Assembly: GCA_030324005.1 (NCBI GenBank)
Contig: JARDVH010000042.1
Span: forward strand, 108,145,391 to 108,209,390
DNA: 64,000 nucleotides
Source of the DNA: Negaprion brevirostris
Taxonomy: Eukaryota
Direction of reading: 5' to 3'
This document shows positions 60,350-64,000 of this stretch, one piece after another; the stretch's first letter is position 1; every line of letters starts with the position of its first letter. The notes beneath the pieces were generated by a model. The model ran no database searches. It worked only from the letters and a program-made list of their open reading frames with translations, and had not been told where the DNA came from. The position numbers were made by a program, and so were the translations under genes.

Positions 60350-62883
60350 AGGTGCCCTGCATTCTAATGCTGCACCTTGTAAAGGGGGGAATGCAGTTTT
60401 GTCTGAAAGCTAAAGAAGTATGTAAACTTTTAAAACCCGCCTTTTATTGATTGTGCGCCTGCAGATTTTGCACATGGTGTTCTCTTGAAGAACACATTTT
60501 GCCCAGAAGTGTTGAGGCTCCTTTCAGGTTGTCAGCAGTGCATATTTTGTGGGTGATGAAGAAAACCTTGTTTGCGTCAACACATTACGTTTTCATTCTT
60601 ATTTGACTGTTAACGATTGTTCTCAAAAGTCATTTCCATAAAGGTACTGGCTTGTTTTATGAAAAAAAAATAGAGCCTACTGGTCCNNNNNNNNNNNNNN
60701 NNNNNNNNNNNNNNNNNNNNNNNNNNNNNNNNNNNNNNNNNNNNNNNNNNNNNNNNNNNNNNNNNNNNNNNNNNNNNNNNNNNNNNNNNNNNNNNNNNNN
60801 NNNNNNNNNNNNNNNNNNNNNNNNNNNNNNNNNNNNNNNNNNNNNNNNNNNNNNNNNNNNNNNNNNNNNNNNNNNNNNNNNNNNNNNNNNNNNNNNNNNN
60901 NNNNNNNNNNNNNNNNNNNNNNNNNNNNNNNNNNNNNNNNNNNNNNNNNNNNNNNNNNNNNNNNNNNNNNNNNNNNNNNNNNNNNNNNNNNNNNNNNNNN
61001 NNNNNNNNNNNNNNNNNNNNNNNNNNNNNNNNNNNNNNNNNNNNNNNNNNNNNNNNNNNNNNNNNNNNNNNNNNNNNNNNNNNNNNNNNNNNNNNNNNNN
61101 NNNNNNNNNNNNNNNNNNNNNNNNNNNNNNNNNNNNNNNNNNNNNNNNNNNNNNNNNNNNNNNNNNNNNNNNAGAAACATTTGAACTGAATGTAGATTTT
61201 TCATGCATATTTATTGATCGTCTGGTAAACAGCCAATTGAACAGAAGAGATGAGGCATTAATAGGGCTCTCTGAATAATCTATAAAGTCAGTGTCCCAGG
61301 CAGTAGGAGAAGAAAGATGGCCCTTAATGGGCTCACCGGGTCGCCCCTGTACGTGAAGCTTAGCTCCAGAAGGTGATTTAGTGCACCATAACATCTAGAG
61401 CAAGACACTTGTATGGTAAAATAAGCATTCTTCAAACAAACTGATTTATTAATTGGTTTGGGCATCATAGCTTTCAAGAAATATAAAATGCATCTGGGAA
61501 AGTCTGTAAAATATGCATTAAGCAAGCTGAACTGTTGACACTTGTCCCTTTTAAGGAAGAAATAGAGGTGAAAGTTTAATACGGCGAATGGGCTCTGAAG
61601 CAGATAAATCCTGCGGAGAGTGCTGGATGCTTCATAATGGAGGAGGGGAAAGTGTCAGTGATGAAGAAACTGTGCAGTAATTCAATCAGTTAAACCTCTA
61701 TTGATCACTTTGGGTTTTACAGATGAGGTGGACTCTCAGGCTGAGGAGGGGCGGGGGGTGGGTGGGGGTCNNNNNNNNNNNNNNNNNNNNNNNNNNNNNN
61801 NNNNNNNNNNNNNNNNNNNNNNNNNNNNNNNNNNNNNNNNNNNNNNNNNNNNNNNNNNNNNNNNNNNNNNGCGCCTCATGGTTCTGAAGGCCTCCAAGGA
61901 GCGGTCTGTTGGGCAGTTTGAGCAGTAAAACTGATTTGTGTGTCTGGGTGGATTGTGGCAGAGTCAATGGCTGTGGCCTTAGTGGGGAGGGGCGGGAGAG
62001 TGGTGGCGGTGGGGAGGTGGTGGTGGTGGTGGTTTACACTCCACTCCAGAACAGCTGAGCATTACTACATGCAGATGCTGAAAATAAATCAACAGAACAA
62101 GTCAGTCTCGCCGCCACAGTTTACCCCGAAGATCTCAATCTTCGGCTGAGTCTCCGGATTAAAAAAAAGCTTGCATTTGTGAAAACGATCTGCAACTTTG
62201 GTTGATGCTTTTGAATTTGCTTCATGCCAGCCCTGCACTTTTGAAAGAGAACGTAACCGTGCAGAACCACTGCAGTGCCAGAATCTTGCTTTTTGCTCCT
62301 GCGTGCTTTTGTCAAGTTGCCAAAGCCTCCTTTTGTCCAGGGTGAAAGGTCAAGGTAATGCTGTCTGTATAACCAGCTGGTCCATAAGAATGTGGACATG
62401 AAACAGTAACAATCTGTCTGGTAAGTTATTAAATGCTTCACAGAACGTAACACGACCCCTGTCAAAACATAATGTGGAACATTCTGAGCATATTAGCTGG
62501 CTGCCACTCTGAGGAAAAAAAGTATCAAACTATGAAGATAAAGCAACTTNNNNNNNNNNNNNNNNNNNNNNNNNNNNNNNNNNNNNNNNNNNNNNNNNNN
62601 NNNNNNNNNNNNNNNNNNNNNNNNNNNNNNNNNNNNNNNNNNNNNNNNNNNNNNNNNNNNNNNNNNNNNNNNNNNNNNNNNNNNNNNNNNNNNNNCTGCT
62701 CCTATTTCTTACGTTCTTATGTAACACAAATTGAAGTGAGTTGAAACACTGGTTGTGGAATCCATAGTTGTATTTCACACTCATGTATTTCTGTGATGGT
62801 TCCATCAGTGGCAAGCTGTTCTTTGCTTACATTGAAAACGGGATACCTTCCTTGGACAAAGTGACCCAGTTGTACCTGTTATC

Positions 62884-63310
62884 AGCTGTGGCACAGTTGA
62901 TAATATTCCTGCCTTTCAATTAGAAGGTTCCAGATTCAAAGCCCACTTAGGGCGTGAGGACGAAACTCAAGGTCGACACTCCAGTGCAGTACTGAGGGGT
63001 GCTGCATTGTCAGAGGTGCTGTCCTTTGGATAAGATGTTAAACTGAGAAGTTCCCATGGTACTCTGTTGAAGAGAAGGGTAGGGTGCTATTTCCAGTTTT
63101 CTGCCTAATGTCTATCCCTCAGTGACCTCAACAGAAAAGCAAATTCTCTGTTTATTATCACATTGCCACTTGTGGAAGCTAACAATGTCTGTTGTCTACT
63201 GTGTATCCTACATTACAACAGGGACTTCACTTTGACATTACTTTGTTGGCTGTAAAGCGCTTTTAGACTTCTGGCGTCCATGAAAAGTGTGTTATGGATG
63301 CAAACCTTTT
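62884..63310 (+). mobile_element. DeuSINE (SacSINE1-like), near full length
   Basis: tRNA-like head (tggcacagttg, attcaaagccc), central gacactccagtgcagtactgagg...gtcagaggtgctgtcctttggataagatgttaaac, and L2-type tail ggctgtaaagcgcttt. Confidence 0.85.
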
Positions 63311-63494
63311 ATTACTGTCGCTCCAATAGTATAATTTACCTGTAGAGTAATGGGTTAATGAATACGTCAATGAGATCATGATGGAACAGTAACTAGATGA
63401 CCGAGAGGTTCAAAGGGAATGCAGAGCTGACCAGTCGATGTCTCCTGATACTAGGGGCTTTCCCTGAATTCTTTGTAAATAGTTCTTAAAAGAT

Positions 63495-64000
63495 GTGAAA
63501 GAAACCATAACAACTATTTCAGGTGTGCCAAGGGGAAGCAGAGCCTTATCAAGGCTTAGTAAGACTCTCTCAATGAGTCCTCCCCTAATGACACCCCTCT
63601 CTGCCTATCCTGCACACAACACCCCCAGCCCCTCCGCGGATCAACCCCCTTGCACATCCGCTTCTGCTGATCACCCCCCTTACGTATCCCCTTGCATACC
63701 CCCCTGCCAATATCTCTCTGCTTTTGTAGAACTTCCTCCATTATAGTTGAACCCTGACTTGGGCCCCACCCCTTGGCAGGTCTCCTGGCGGTTATGGTGC
63801 CTGGTGGGCAATGCCAGGGTGTCCTGTGGGTAGTGTCAGTATGTCTGCTGGACAGTTCCAGAGTGCCTGATGGGCACTGCCAGGGTGCCAGGCTTTCACT
63901 GCTTGGCCATGGCCCTCCCAGCGTGAGGGCTTCAGTGGCCTCTGACACCCCCTGTGAGGCCATCACCATCTGGTGCTCATTCTTGGGGTACCAGCTGTGA
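63495..64000. mobile_element. GC-rich repeat interior (runs off the window)
   Basis: C-rich tracts and repeated gggcaNtgccagggtg motifs, similar to 52555-52640. Confidence 0.45.

Noticed and set aside
6747-62814. Long ORFs dominated by X (for example 21462-22088, 50928-51566, 60657-61394)
   Set aside because: Artefacts of translating through N gaps.

Overview
This is eukaryotic, not prokaryotic, DNA: a non-coding (intronic or intergenic) window, very probably from a shark genome, with many N gaps. The taxon call rests on about 10 copies of an HE1-type V-SINE, DeuSINE (SacSINE1-like) copies and abundant CR1 debris. I found no host protein-coding exon, rRNA, true tRNA or CRISPR array. The ORFs I could recognise are frameshifted retrotransposon ORF2 remnants (CR1, L2, Rex1/Babar, a CR1/L2-group LINE); the rest appear to be N-gap artefacts or chance. 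The window also holds a solo LTR and many short and long TIR-bounded GC-rich non-autonomous elements. The most interesting structure is a set of short Penelope-like insertions, mostly fold-back, from three families. Several carry decayed minimal type I hammerhead ribozyme motifs, three have 12-17 bp target-site duplications, and the ribozyme core is repeatedly deleted at the hairpin apex. There is also a locally templated inverted insertion, V-SINE tail swapping and head duplication, and repeat-poor motif-dense islands that may be enhancers. Family names come from recognition by eye, not database searches, and boundaries are approximate (about 20-50 bp) unless exact motifs are quoted.
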